From the NCBI GenBank assembly GCA_951406725.2, contig OX597825.1, forward strand, positions 48,794,001 to 48,858,000: a DNA stretch of 64,000 nt. Direction: 5' to 3'. The position numbers and the translations under genes were made by a program. This document shows positions 51,520-64,000 of the stretch, piece after piece. Under the pieces are notes generated by a model. It was not told where the DNA came from, searched no databases, and saw only the letters and a program-made list of their open reading frames with translations. The number at the start of each line of letters is the position of its first letter. Position 1 is the stretch's first letter. This DNA is from Octopus vulgaris. Lineage: Eukaryota.

Positions 51520-53180
51520 ACACTCAAAATAAGCAACAAGAATGACTCCAGTAATTTAGTGAGATCGTTTCGTACTACATCATTTTATATATTGTTGTAA
51601 GTATTACAACATTTTAAAAATGCTGAGCACTCATCAGCCAATTATAGAGGTTTTCCATGAATACAAAAATGTTCATATCAAGTGGCAACATTATAGAGAA
51701 GATAGATACATAGATAAAGATGTGGATTTAAATTTTAAGAACATTTGAGGTAGTGGAGCCCATCAACTGACTGACTAAGATTCAGTTGTTCCAGACTACT
51801 GTAAGGTTCTGAGAGGGAAGAACAAATGAAAGGAGACAATAAAGATTTTCTAATTATAGAAATGGGTAAAGGGGATGCCATAGCTCCATATAAGGAATTT
51901 ATGTAGAAGACAGCATTGTCACAACTAAATGCCAATTACTACTATTTGATGAACAGATTCGACGTTAGGAGAACTAGGTCAATGTCAAATGGTCACAATA
52001 ACATTCACAGACCTTACAAACCCTATGCACATCATCACAACAGTTGTTCAATAAGTTCCAAGTACTTTGACACGTTAGAATAAAGGAAAAAATATAAATC
52101 TAAAATTTATTCAAATTTGGAGAAAGAGACTATCAGCCTTATTAATCAAGTGAACATATTAGGGGTCAAAATATATACTAAGAAAGATGGAAGAGGGAAA
52201 ATCAAAGAAAGAAGATATTCATAGATTTAGTAGAATGTGATATTCTATAATATGAGGGGAGGTGATTTAGAAGAGTAAATTATTCAAATTTCATGGATAG
52301 AGAGATGATATTAATGAATTAAAATACAGGATCTATTGGAAATAAAATTTACTACCTGCGGATAAAAGTTAATTAGTTAGGTAAAAATATCTTAGGTTAA
52401 TTATATATTAAGAAATGGGAGTGAGATAATCAACATGAACCAAATAGTTTCCCTAGGGACATAGGAATAATACTACTTAGTATTGGAGAACATTATAAAA
52501 AAGAAGAATTTAATTCTAAGTTTGCAATGAAGTTTTTTAATCATTTATGGGTGTTAAACTAAAGCCAGTATGGTATATTCGTTCCTATTTGATTAAATAT
52601 ATTTTGTAAAGATATCTTAGACTAATTATATATTAAGAAATGGAAGTGAGATAATCAAAGTGAACTGAATAGTTTCTTTAGAGACATAGGATTTATACTA
52701 TTTAGTATTCCTACTATTTGGGATTCATACTTTTTAGGATTCCAACTATTTAGATTCATAGAGTTTAATTTTAGAAAAAAGAAGAATTCAATTTTAATTT
52801 TGCAGTGAAGTTATTTTAGTCATCTATAAATATTAAATTGTATATTACTTCTAAAATGGTATATTACTTCTAAAATGGTATATTACTTCTAATTTGGTTA
52901 TAAAGAATTAAAATTTGAATATTCACAAAATTATTATTTAACGTATTTAAACGTTCGGGTCGTACGATGTATACAAGATACTCCCAGATCCAAACGGTTA
53001 TTCAACAGTTTTGTGTTACTCTGATGTTTCAAAATTTCATAAGTTTCCATAGAACAAAGTTGACAACCATCCCTACTATTTCTATAAAGTTGCGCTCTTC
53101 TAACTATATCCCATTTTAGGTTGAATTCTATATGATTTGTTTTTAGTTCCCAAATTTTACTAGATAATGTTGTGCAACCT
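51520..53180 (-). mobile_element. PLE 3' portion: GIY-YIG C-terminus, long AT-rich 3' UTR and HHR
   Basis: ORF 52934-53218: TTLSSKIWELK...KWDIV...CQLCSMETYEIL...LLNNRLDLGVSCIH, a C-terminal pattern of a distinct PLE group (possibly Naiad). Continuity of the UTR is inferred. Confidence 0.65.
51556..51641 (-). ncRNA. Hammerhead motif, relative of 36149-36238, stem III damaged
   Basis: UUGG CUGAUGA GUGC..CAUUUU..UGUUGUAA UAC UUACAACA..AAAAUG..GUAC GAAA CGAUCu cA CUAA. Confidence 0.7.
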
Positions 53181-53199
53181 GCCTTATATATAAATATAT

Positions 53200-54925
53200 A
53201 TATTAATAAAACTGTCAAGACAACAAAAGAATGAAAGAGATCTCGATATTATGTAAATAGAGGAACTTATCTGTAAATGTAATATGTGACAATTATTCGG
53301 TAGCCATGATAAAACATGATAAAAAGGTGGGGTTGTATGGGATGGATAGGGAGGTGGGGTTGGATTGTGTAGGGATGGGATGGGGTTACGAGGGAGGGGT
53401 GACGATGAAGGGGAAGGGAGAAGGTGGGTAGGAGTGAAGAGAAGAGAGGAGAGTAGGAGTGAAGAGAAGAGAGGAGAGTAGGAGTGAAGAGAAGTAGGAG
53501 TTGGAGCAAAAGAGGAGAGGTGGGTGGGAGGAAGTAGCTGTGAGGGGGAGAGAAGTGGGGGAGGAGGTTAGATGAAGAGTGGAGGAGAGTTGAACCCATG
53601 TGGTACAAAGGAGCGAAGAGAGAAGATTAATCCAGATGGCCCCTATGCAAGGACAATCCGAATACAAACGGGTGTTGCAAAAGAGTGACCGGTAGAGCAG
53701 AAATGGCGCGAGACCGGGGCGTCATTGCCGAGTCGGATATCTCGGAGATGTTCTGCGAACCGGTCAGCCAAGCAGCGTCCCGTTTGCCCGATGTATAAAG
53801 AAGGGCAGAAAGAGCAGGGGATGCAGCAGATGACATTGATAGAAGTGCAGGTGAAGGAGTCGGTGATGTGATAGGGTCGATGATGGGTGCCGCAGAGGAG
53901 GGTAGTGTTGGAGAGGTAAGGGCAAATGCGACAGCGTGGGCGGGAGCAGAGGAACGAGCCGGGTTGAGAGGTTGGATTGGGGAAGAAGCTGTGGACCAAA
54001 GAGGTCTCGTAGGTTGTGAGCTCGTTTGAAAGAGGGGAGGGGTCGGTTAGGGCAGATTTTCGAAGTGAAGGGGTCGGACTGGAGTTGTCGGAAAGCTCGG
54101 AGAATGGTGCGTTGAAGGTGGTGGGGTGGTAGGTGAGAGGAAATGGGAGACTAGAGATGGCGGGGCGGGTACGGGGGTAGAGAGAGAGCAGATACACGGT
54201 CTACGGAACGTGCTCTGGCAAGGGCAGTGTGGATGGTGGTGAAGGTATATCCATGTAGGATGAAGTGGCGAGCCATGAGTTGAGACTGAGTCTCAAAGTC
54301 ATGTACGTCACTACAGAGCCTGCGTACACGGAGGAATTGGGCATAGGGGATGAAATGCTTGGTGTGTTTAGAGTAGGAGGAGGATAAGTTGAGGTATGAG
54401 AGTGAGTCTGTGTGTAGTGGATGGAGGTGGTGAGAGTAGAGTGATGAATGTTGACCGAAATGTCAAGAAAGGAGACGGATGCGTCAGAGATAGTGCAGGA
54501 GAAGTGGAGGACAGGATGGAAAGATATGACAAAGGAGAGGAAGGAATCTAGATGTTCGCGGGAGAGTGAGGTCGCACCAATACAGTTGTCAGTATAACGG
54601 CCGTATAGTTCGGGAGTGGGACCAGTGAAACTTGAGAATATTTAGGCCTCAACGTAGCCAATGAACAGGTTCGCATAGTTGGAGCCCATTCTCGTTCCCA
54701 TGGCCACTCCCGAGAAATGCTGGTAAAATCACCAGCGAACGAGAAGGAATTGAGTGAGAGGACAAGTTCGGCCAGACGAATGAATGTGGATGTGTCAGGT
54801 TGGGGGTTGGGTCGAAGGCCAAGGAAATGGAGTGCACGCAGCCCCTCGTGGTGAGGGATCACGATGTAAAGGCTCTGGATGTCGAGAATGAAGAGAAGGG
54901 GCCAGGAAGGATGGATAAAGGGAGT
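53200..54925 (-). mobile_element. Penelope-like element (Neptune-type), RT plus GIY-YIG, frameshifted
   Basis: LDIQSLYIVIPHHEG and GVAMGTRMG (RT), linker CSRPRCRIC, NVICCIPCSFCPSLYIGQTGRCLADRFAEH...HF...H (GIY-YIG with CCHH). Confidence 0.9.
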
Positions 54926-55099
54926 GTATATATACAAAATTGTGCATACAAAACCTTTTCTTTATTTATATATATAAAATTCATGGAAGACATAATCTCC
55001 GTAAAATTGGTCAGTGAAAATAAAGATATATATATATATAATTCAAAAGTACAGATAAATGTAAATGCTTCCACAAATGAAATTGCATTATACTTTTGA

Positions 55100-55179
55100 A
55101 GCTCTGATGAAGCTCTAGGTAGTCAACAAGTATTCAATTACGAGCGCATTTTATTGTATTGCAGAAACAGCTGTCAGTT
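55100..55179 (+). ncRNA. Type I hammerhead motif
   Basis: AGCU CUGAUGA AGC...GCA GAAA CAGCUG UC AGUU. Canonical core, 4 bp stem I, palindromic stem III, weak stem II. Confidence 0.7.
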
Positions 55180-55225
55180 AATGAAGTTCATGACATAATC
55201 TTTCGTTCTTTTGTAGATTTAATTT

Positions 55226-55319
<94 letters not shown>

Positions 55320-55342
55320 TATAAACATATTTATTTATATAA

Positions 55343-55520
55343 ACATAGGTGTAGGAGTGGCTGTGTGGTAAGTAGCTTTCTTACCAACCATATGGTTCGG
55401 GGTTCAGTCCCACCGCGTGGCACCTTGGCCAAGTGTCTTCTACTATACTCTCGGGCCAACCAAGGCTTTGTGAGTGGATTTAGTAGACGGAAACTGAAAG
55501 ATGACCGTCGTATATATGTT

Positions 55521-55608
<88 letters not shown>

Positions 55609-55815
55609 TGTGTCTGTGTTTGGCCCCCAACAACGCTTGATAACTGATGCGGGTATGTTTACGTCCCCGTAACTTAGCGGTTCGGCAAAAGAGACGGAGA
55701 GAATAAGTACTAAGCTTACGAAGGATAAATTCTGGAGTCGATTTGCTAGACTAAAGGCGGTGCTCCAGCATGGCCACAGATAAATGACTGAAACAAGTAA
55801 AAGAGTAAAAGAGTA
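55343..55815 (+). mobile_element. SINE family B, near full length
   Basis: A box GTGGCTGTGTGG, B box GGTTCAGTCC, CORE-like GTGGCACCTTGGCCAAGT, internal (TA)n(TG)n, tail (AAAAGAGT)n. Confidence 0.9.
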
Positions 55816-56045
55816 TACATCAACACATACTCTTATGCATACATAACATAAAATGCATACATAAATACACACACTCACTCACACCCACGAGTAAATACTT
55901 ACATATATATTCATACGTAATCTGATATAAATATATTTGCGAGGTGCTGACATTTATAAACAAATATGCACAGATACATATTTACATACATCTTTTTCTT
56001 TCTCTTTCAATCTACATTTGTAGATACACACACATGCAAGTAAAC

Positions 56046-56108
<63 letters not shown>

Positions 56109-57696
56109 GCATAGCCTACATACTTGCTATATGTATGCCTTCAGTTTCGAACAGCTCTCTAAAAGCAAAGAATCTTTATTGTTCATTGGAAAGAAGTTGT
56201 ATACTTTGATGCTTTTGTATTCATTTCGTCGTATTTTTACGCCGTATGAACTTTTTCGATTTGTGAATTTGGTATCTGATAGACATAGAAGTCGTTCATG
56301 CATATTTTCTTCATTTAAGAAAAAAGATTTTCAATGAAAATCAGTGAAGCAGAAAGGCAAATTGTCATAGTTTTTATTGTAAGTTTTACAGATATAATAA
56401 AGGCAGAAACATAGAGTCACTATTCTAACATAATGGTAAAGAGTTAAAAAAACAAACAAAAAAACAGCAGAGCCTGAAGAATGCATTATAATTGCCAGTA
56501 CTAGTTGATATTATAAGCTGTTAACCATTTCCATATGTTACATTATACATTTTATTCTTCTTCGATTCTTTCTCTTTCTGACAGAATGTTTCATGTCTGT
56601 TTTCAAATTTTTAGTTTTCAAAGAATTTACAGCGAAAGTATTTTTCATAAGCAGAATTTGAATTTCATTGAAAGCCTCCACAACGAATTAACAAATGCAC
56701 CAATTTTAGATTACCATACCCGGATTCTCAATATAATTTTTTTCCAGTTGTTCCATAAATATTTCAGTGTGTAAGATCATATTAAGTATAACCATTCTCT
56801 AACTTATAGGACAGTATATTTATTGATCAGTCTGCAGATCACTTAATATGTAATCTCTCCATCAGCTCATAAATAAACAACCATAAAAGGAGAATCTTTA
56901 CTTGGTCAGTGGAGCTGCTAGAAATAGTAGCAAAATATCCCTTACAAATACTGCTTAAAATAAACTGAACATATTAGATAATGATGTCTTGACTATACAC
57001 TATCAGTAAAAGTAGACGGCTAGTTACGGTTTGAGCACGTTTACTCATAAACTTACTCCGTTAAAGCTGGCTGGGGAAAAACAACAACTCTAACAGCAGC
57101 AACAACAAAATATCAAAAAGACTAAAGATTACACCTAGTGACTGACGTGTTGTTTTATGCCTGGAATAAACGATACTCTGCTTCACTTAAATATGGGTGT
57201 ATACTCAAGAAATTAAGTCGACAAAGGGAAAACAATATTATAATAGATGAAACATTTAATAGATCAAAATACATAAGCTTATAATATCTTGGACGTTTTT
57301 ACAGCCTCTGCTGCAACTTTACGAGTTGAATGTACTGCCTGAGCAGAAGAGACTTATTTTCAAGTCAAGCTTTGTCGGCCTTCCTCTTTGATCTGATGGT
57401 TTTTTTTCTACTTCCTGTTTAAAAACAAGAGGCTCTTTTAGTGCTTGGTTCCATACTGAGCCTCTTTTGTCATCTATATTGATCAGTCGAAGAATAAGCT
57501 GCTAACAGGATAAAGTAGGAAGCTCTGATTTATGACGGGATAAGAAACAACTGTGGACACTATTGTATACAAATTCAGAGGCCTTTCTGAGTAAAATGAA
57601 GACGTCGAAACAGGGTGGAGATTGATCTGTTCTTCGATCTTAATCTATGGAATATGTTACCTGTAAAGTTTGTAACGTAGATTATTTACCAAGGAC

Positions 57697-58707
57697 TACG
57701 AGGGTATCTGAAAAGTCTTGAACCTCCAAAAAAAAGAAGAAAAAAAGAAAGCAAAAAAAAACATAGTACAAGACTTCTGATGATTTATTTTTCAACATAG
57801 TCTCCTTTGATGGCTGAACACTTTCTCCACCGGTACTGAAGTGCCATTATCCCGGCGTAGAGGAACTATTTTGTTTGAGACTTGAGACTAGAAACTTCCT
57901 ACAGTGTCTATGATGACATTTTCAGTGGCAAAATGGCAACCAACCAGGGCTTTTTTCATTTTACGGGAATAGATGAAAGTCAGAGAGGGCTAAGTCTGGT
58001 GAATAGGGCAGATGGGGAACAAGTTCGTATCCACAATCCCGAATTGTTGCAATGGCAACCACTGAGGAGTGCGCTGGAGCATTGTCGTGATGAAAAAGGA
58101 CTCCTCTGTTCCAGTGTGCTCGTGGACAAAGTGCACCTGGTGCGTTTCTGTCCAGGAGTCAAAAGGCAAGGGACCCACCTTGCAGAAACCATTGAGAACC
58201 CAAGCTCTTTTGTCACAATGTTTTCTGCTCTTTCATTTGCGATGCCCAATCTCTCAGCTATCTGGCGACATGATATTCGACGATCATGCATTATCATACC
58301 AAGAGCAAGATCAATGTTGTCCTCGGTGGTTGCAGCTGGAGGCCTCCCTGTTATGGGATCATCTTCCACACTCCCCCTGTCACGCTGGAATTCATTTACC
58401 CAGCATTTAACTGTTGCATATGAAGGAGCATTGTTTGTTAAGGTTCCCCCATATCTTCATGGATTTCTGATGGAGTCATGCCTTTCAAATGAAGGTACTT
58501 TATGACAGCACGATACTCAGTTTTCTCCATTTTGCTTGTAACTTCGACACTTGTTTATTCAAAAATCTGTAACAAAAAAAAAAAAAATCAGAATCATGAA
58601 AAAGAGCAAGAATACTCCGAAAAGACTGTACTTACCAGAAAAATTGTTTCAGCTACTAGCAGCCCCGTTTCTAGGTTAGGCTCAAAACTTTTCATACACC
58701 CCTCGTA
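57697..58707 (-). mobile_element. Mariner transposon, internally deleted, both TIRs with TA TSD
   Basis: TA-CGAGGGTATCTGAAAAGTCTTGAACCT and AGGCTCAAAACTTTTCATACACCCCTCG-TA. Motifs GRP, ARWVP, FHHDNAPAH and PYSPDLAPSDF. The first catalytic D region is deleted. Confidence 0.92.
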
Positions 58708-58899
58708 TTTTATAAAGGCTACATCTATATGAGAAGTAGAATATTATGTGTATATCTAATGTATAAAAGTATTATTTGTTCTTCAAATGTTGAGACACAT
58801 ATGGTTTGTGTCGATATATAGCAACATCTAACTGGTTTTTGCTCTCTCACTCTTTGTTGACTGAGCCCCAACATTTCCCATGAAATCCGGTACTACACA

Positions 58900-59440
58900 C
58901 TGTTTTTAGTGGCTATGCGGGTCACTTTGCCTGAGAAAAATAGGAATCAAAGTGGTCCATAGACAAAAAGTAGTTGAGGACCACCGGCGAAAAGAGATAG
59001 AGGCTCAACGATTAACTGGTCACCATCTAGCAGTCTGCTATCTGAGTCTATTCACAGCAGCGAGAACATCAGAAACGATTACAAAATCTATCCGTATCTC
59101 TATACTTATGGCTATCCGTGTATTGGAAGAATGTGTTCATATGAGAGAGCCGATTTGCAGCACATAAGTCGAGTAAAGCTTCTCAATTTGTATTACGTTC
59201 AGGGTTGCTATTCCTTCTAATCACTCTTTTCCATGTCCGGTGATCAGTGTCAACATGTGCATTGAAGTCACCTTGCAAGACAAATGACTTAGTTTTTAGA
59301 TATAAAGCTTTACATGTAATTAACGAAGCATTTGTATTTGAACTTGCAATCCAAATACTTCCTTGAAGATGGAAGGAATTGTATTTGGACTTGCTGTTTG
59401 GTGTAAATGTGTTGGTAGTATTTAGTACCATCCACTAATT
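58900..59440 (-). pseudogene. RTE-type LINE endonuclease relic
   Basis: VLQGDFNAHVDTDHRTWKRVI. Confidence 0.6.
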
Positions 59441-59730
59441 CCTGCTCTTTACCCATAATAGTGGTTACAGTTAAATTACAAATCATTATCATTTATTTCC
59501 ATTTGAACCTGCTTCAGAGTCCTGGCACATGCATTGTTCCTGATTCCATTCCATGCCTCCAGAGGATAAGTTGCAGGATTATATTTGATTGTACCGGCAT
59601 CGGATGGAGTCTACAATATATTATTCTGCGTTAATCTGCCCTTTGGTTGTTTTCTCAGCCCTTTTCATTCATGTTGCTGTTCTTGTGATCTTATTCGTAC
59701 CAAGTACTGAGCTCGTATTTGTATTTGGCC

Positions 59731-59780
<50 letters not shown>

Positions 59781-59819
59781 AATAGATGCTTATTTCCCCA
59801 TGTAGAAATGGCAGTAGCG

Positions 59820-60580
59820 ACTCAAATGTTTTGCAAGCTATTCTAAATCCATTGCAATGCTGGAAAACATTTCGTATCGTCAGAAAGTATCTCAGGGCCT
59901 CAAGTATTTCGCCCCTTAGCTTGCACGCTACATCTAAGTGTGGCAGTGAGACTTAGCTAGCTTAGCATCACGCCAATTGTGCACTAGACATGATGCGTTT
60001 TTCTAATTGCTGTCACTTCGTGATGAAATTTCCAACGGTGAACCTCAGCCTCAATGAATCCGTGGAACAATATAAATCTGAATATTTCTTTTGATACTTG
60101 GTAGTACATAAGTGCACTCTGAAGATAGTGAGGCATGATCCAGCTGATTGCTGATGTGTGCTCGAGGCGTCCAGGGTGGCCTGCGACTCCTCCTTTCTGG
60201 GTGTTTGTGTCGATATACTTGTTAACCAAGACATATGACGTTTCCCTTTTGGTAATAATGGCCAAAAAGATCGTACCGTCAACGCACAAAAGAGTGATCA
60301 CTCAAATCTGATCAAGTCCTGCAATGTTCTCTTCTTTTAGCCTCAGCGAGTGTTCAGAGCCTGGGTTCCTGCTTCTTCTCCCAGATAAGGCGTAAAGGTC
60401 TTGTCAACTTCCTTTACAATAGTAGGCACATTTTGTAAATTCTATACGTGGTGCCAGATGACCCTGGAGCAGAATCTAAATGACATTTTGCCATCATTGT
60501 GCTCACTTCATTGAAAGTAATGTCTGCCATGTTGAAGGGCGTGTGGAGTTTGAGTTATGGGATTGAATTCCAAATGGAAT
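59820..60580 (-). pseudogene. Hero/NeSL-like RLE LINE RT relic
   Basis: ITLLCVDGTIFLAIITKRETSYVLVNKYIDTNTQKGGVAGHPGRLEHTSAIS. Confidence 0.65.
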
Positions 60581-60593
60581 CTCTCTCTCTGTC

Positions 60594-60680
<87 letters not shown>

Positions 60681-61492
60681 ACACAGTGGGAGCGAGAGAG
60701 ATCTTATGAAATTTCAACTTAGCATTGGTTTTCAATAAATTTCAGTTCCATAAAATTGTATGAATTAACGAATGTGTCTTCCAGAAACAGCTATTAACTA
60801 GAAAATATTTCACAAGGGATATTTTTTTAATAAACTGTTTCTGTGAAAGAAGTGAAACAATTGGAGAAGGAATTAACGTTGATACAAATTAATATTAGAA
60901 AAATTTAATGTTGAAAGAATAAACAAACCAAATAATGGTTCGTAGGTGACATTGAGGATAATAATAGCTTGAATAAAAGAAACTCTGTTGCTCACATACG
61001 CGCCTACAAACACAATCTCACGCACACACACGTATACACACATATACACACACAAACTGGAAAACAAAAAAAAAAAAAACGAGAAAACAGGTTATATTTC
61101 AATCGGACAGGGTTATGGAATGGTTCATTTACCAAATACCATAACAAAATATATTGTAACAGCAAATACTTCAAGTGATTTCATTTTCTTATTTATCATC
61201 TTGAATATTTTCCACTTTGTCTTAGTTACAAGGTTTGGTCTTGTTTACAACCATTGTTTTTCAGGAGGTGATGGATGTCATATATGTCAAACATATGTCA
61301 TAAACATGTTATAAATTTATCATAAATATGTCATAGATGTGTCAAATCTTTCGTAACTTACGCAAAACATACAAGAAAGAAATGCATAAGATGTTACAGA
61401 AAATGGTACCAAACTCTCACAGAATGCAGCTTGAATCCAAATCATTTTGCTTACATCGATAGTATATCAAATAGTTTATCTATGCTTATCTG

Positions 61493-61541
<49 letters not shown>

Positions 61542-62312
61542 CCCTCTCTCCTCTTTGTGTGTGTGTGTGTGTCTGTGTGTTTTTGTATGTGTGTGTTAGT
61601 GTGTGAACTGTAAGCATGTGCGTGTTTGTTAGTGTGTGAGCTGCGCGCGTGTGCGTGTGATTGTGTGTATGAAGCAGTGTGTGTATAAGTATGTCTCTGT
61701 TCGGATGATTGTATCAGTGAGCATACGTACAAAATCTATGAGAGGTGTGTGCATAACGTTATAATGAAGTGCATAAAACCTACCAGGACATACAAGTATT
61801 GTCTCCCTAATTTTAAATCAGATAAGCTTTCGAAAATACGATAGTTGAACAATATTGAAACCTAATACACATTAATTTTAATATAAAATGAATGGTTGAC
61901 TTCAGATAGAGAATATAAATTTAGCAGAACAAATATCTTAAAAAGTGCATAACATGAACAACAAACTGATTGCTTCTTTATCGTAATATTTGTAATGGAA
62001 TTCAATGAAACACTCAACATGCTAGAAGACTATAAGAAAATTGTTGCGTTAATCTACGGAATGTTTTAAACGATGTTTTATAGAGTAAAATAATTTGTTT
62101 TCTTTTCAGTTCAGCAATGATAGCCTTAAAAATGTATAAGGTGTATTAATGAAAAATCAACAGCAATGTTTTCCCTTTAACAATGGAAAAGGGCACCAGG
62201 AAATTAATAAAAGCATAAAAACGCGAAACAATATAAATATAAATGATGTATATAGAAAACTATCTGGGTAATACAAATCACAAAATGGTGGCAACATATT
62301 AGCGGGAAACGG

Positions 62313-62476
<164 letters not shown>

Positions 62477-64000
62477 GTTTCTTTATTAGCCACAAGGGCC
62501 GACAAAAAGAAGATTGGACATTACAAAACATGAAGGACAAAGTGGGGTTTGATAAAGTGTCGTGTAAAAGTCGACAACAATGAAAAAATAACAAAGAAAA
62601 TGCCTAAAGGAAGCAAGCAACACTGGGCTACTCATGGAGACCCCACGAAAAATCCACATGCGCGCCCCATCTTTATATCTTTCTCAGCCTTGGAAACTCA
62701 CAAGCGCATGCTCAAAGTTGACACGGACCGTCTTCGCCACATTCACCCACCTTTTAACAAAATTGCTGGAAGTCAGCACTTCTCTCTCTACCCTCACCTT
62801 CCTTTCCAGATGGTATCTGAAAAAGTTGATAAGGGGTAGGTCAAAGAGAAAAGTATTTTTCTTCAGCCCTTTCAGCCTAGACCACCACACAACCTCTTTC
62901 GCAAAAGCCACGAGACAGTTGAAAATTGCCTTCTCTTGCTGGTCAAAGGAAGGCGGCGGGGCAATCTTCATGATGGAATCAGCCAACAAGCGTACACGTC
63001 CTACACGTGTCAGCAGGTGTTCGACATAAAACCATATATCAGATATGCTCAGTCACATAGGGTTTCGTCAATCTGTGCACATCTCGGCCACTTCCATGCC
63101 TGTACAGTTTATCTCGAACAGGCAAAGCTTCCCTATAACACTGCCAGGCCAGGTATTTCTGGAAGTTATCCATAAGCCCTGGCCAGAAAGTCCTCTGGAA
63201 CAGACTGGTGAGTTGAAATTCATCGATGCTTAGAGTCTCTCCAAGAATGTTGTCGTTTCCTTTCACTAATAACTTTCTATACAACGCCATAGTAGAAATT
63301 CCACTAACCGCATTGCCCGATCGGCTGAGGAGCGTGAACGCCTAGCGACTTAAGGTGCCAGACCTCCAGCCTCGATCTACGCTTAATCCAAAATTGCAGC
63401 TCACTCAAAGAGATGAGTTGTAGTAAAGCTAGTCTGACAAAGGTGACCACACCTGCGCACTGTCGTTGAGGAAACGCAGGATGAGTCGCAAGCTCAGCGC
63501 ATGTCTGTATATCAATAGCCACAGAAAACCCAGCCCTCCATTCATAGGGTGTTGACAGCAAATGGAGCGTCTGACCAGGAGAGGCCGCCCCTTCCATAAG
63601 AGGCAGAAAAGCAAACTGTCCAGCTTGACCAGGTACGAGCTGGGGCAAAGCACGACGGTGAGGCGGTAGTAAATGACTGAGACGACGTAAGTGTTCGCCA
63701 CCTCTGCCTGACCTTTCAAGTATAGCTTTCGCTCGGCCGATTTCTAGGTGAGAATGGCTACCCTGCTCGCCACCTCGCTCCAGTTCCTCTCCAGTTGGAA
63801 ATTTGGACCGAACCAGACACCGAGCAATTTTACGGGCCTGACTGTCCAACGTCCTACAAGGTCAGCATGGATCTGCCTCTCCAGGTGCCGAGCTGCAGAA
63901 CCACCGATTTTCCCGGTTTAATCTTTGCTCCCTTTACTTGCTCGTATTCTTTAACGATAGTGCTGACCAAATCTATGTACTTGTCGTCCGACACTATGAC
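62477..64000 (-). mobile_element. Tx1/L1-clade LINE 3' part, frameshifted, runs off the window
   Basis: ILGVWFG-like motif, KGQAEVANTYVVSVIYYRL, P.NGGLG and LAWQCYREALPVRDKL. 3' UTR has AATAAA and a (TTA)n tail. Confidence 0.85.

Noticed and set aside
57882-58505. 207 aa plus-strand ORF
   Set aside because: Antisense shadow of the mariner transposase.

Overview
AT-rich, microsatellite-dense eukaryotic DNA. It is most likely an Octopus (coleoid cephalopod) intergenic or intronic region, inferred from the SINE families and the density of (TA)n/(CA)n/(TAA)n. I can support no host protein-coding exon. The window is a graveyard of transposable elements: a fairly young R4/Dong-type RLE LINE (8.4-11.4 kb) and an older relic of the same type, a CR1-type LINE, Tx1/L1 fragments, RTE and Hero/NeSL-like relics, two mariners, a Merlin relic, a MITE, non-autonomous Helitrons, at least four tRNA-derived SINE families and many Penelope-like element (PLE) pieces. 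The signal the ORF track misses is a set of about a dozen hammerhead-ribozyme (HHR) motifs on both strands, mostly at PLE ends. They include type I HHRs with palindromic minimal stem III and very long stem II hairpins, and a recurrent minimal family with a non-canonical CUGUNGA core. Several sit in head-to-head or foldback PLE structures. PLE-associated HHRs are a known class, so novelty of these variants and their activity remain untested. All structures were folded by eye and element boundaries are approximate.
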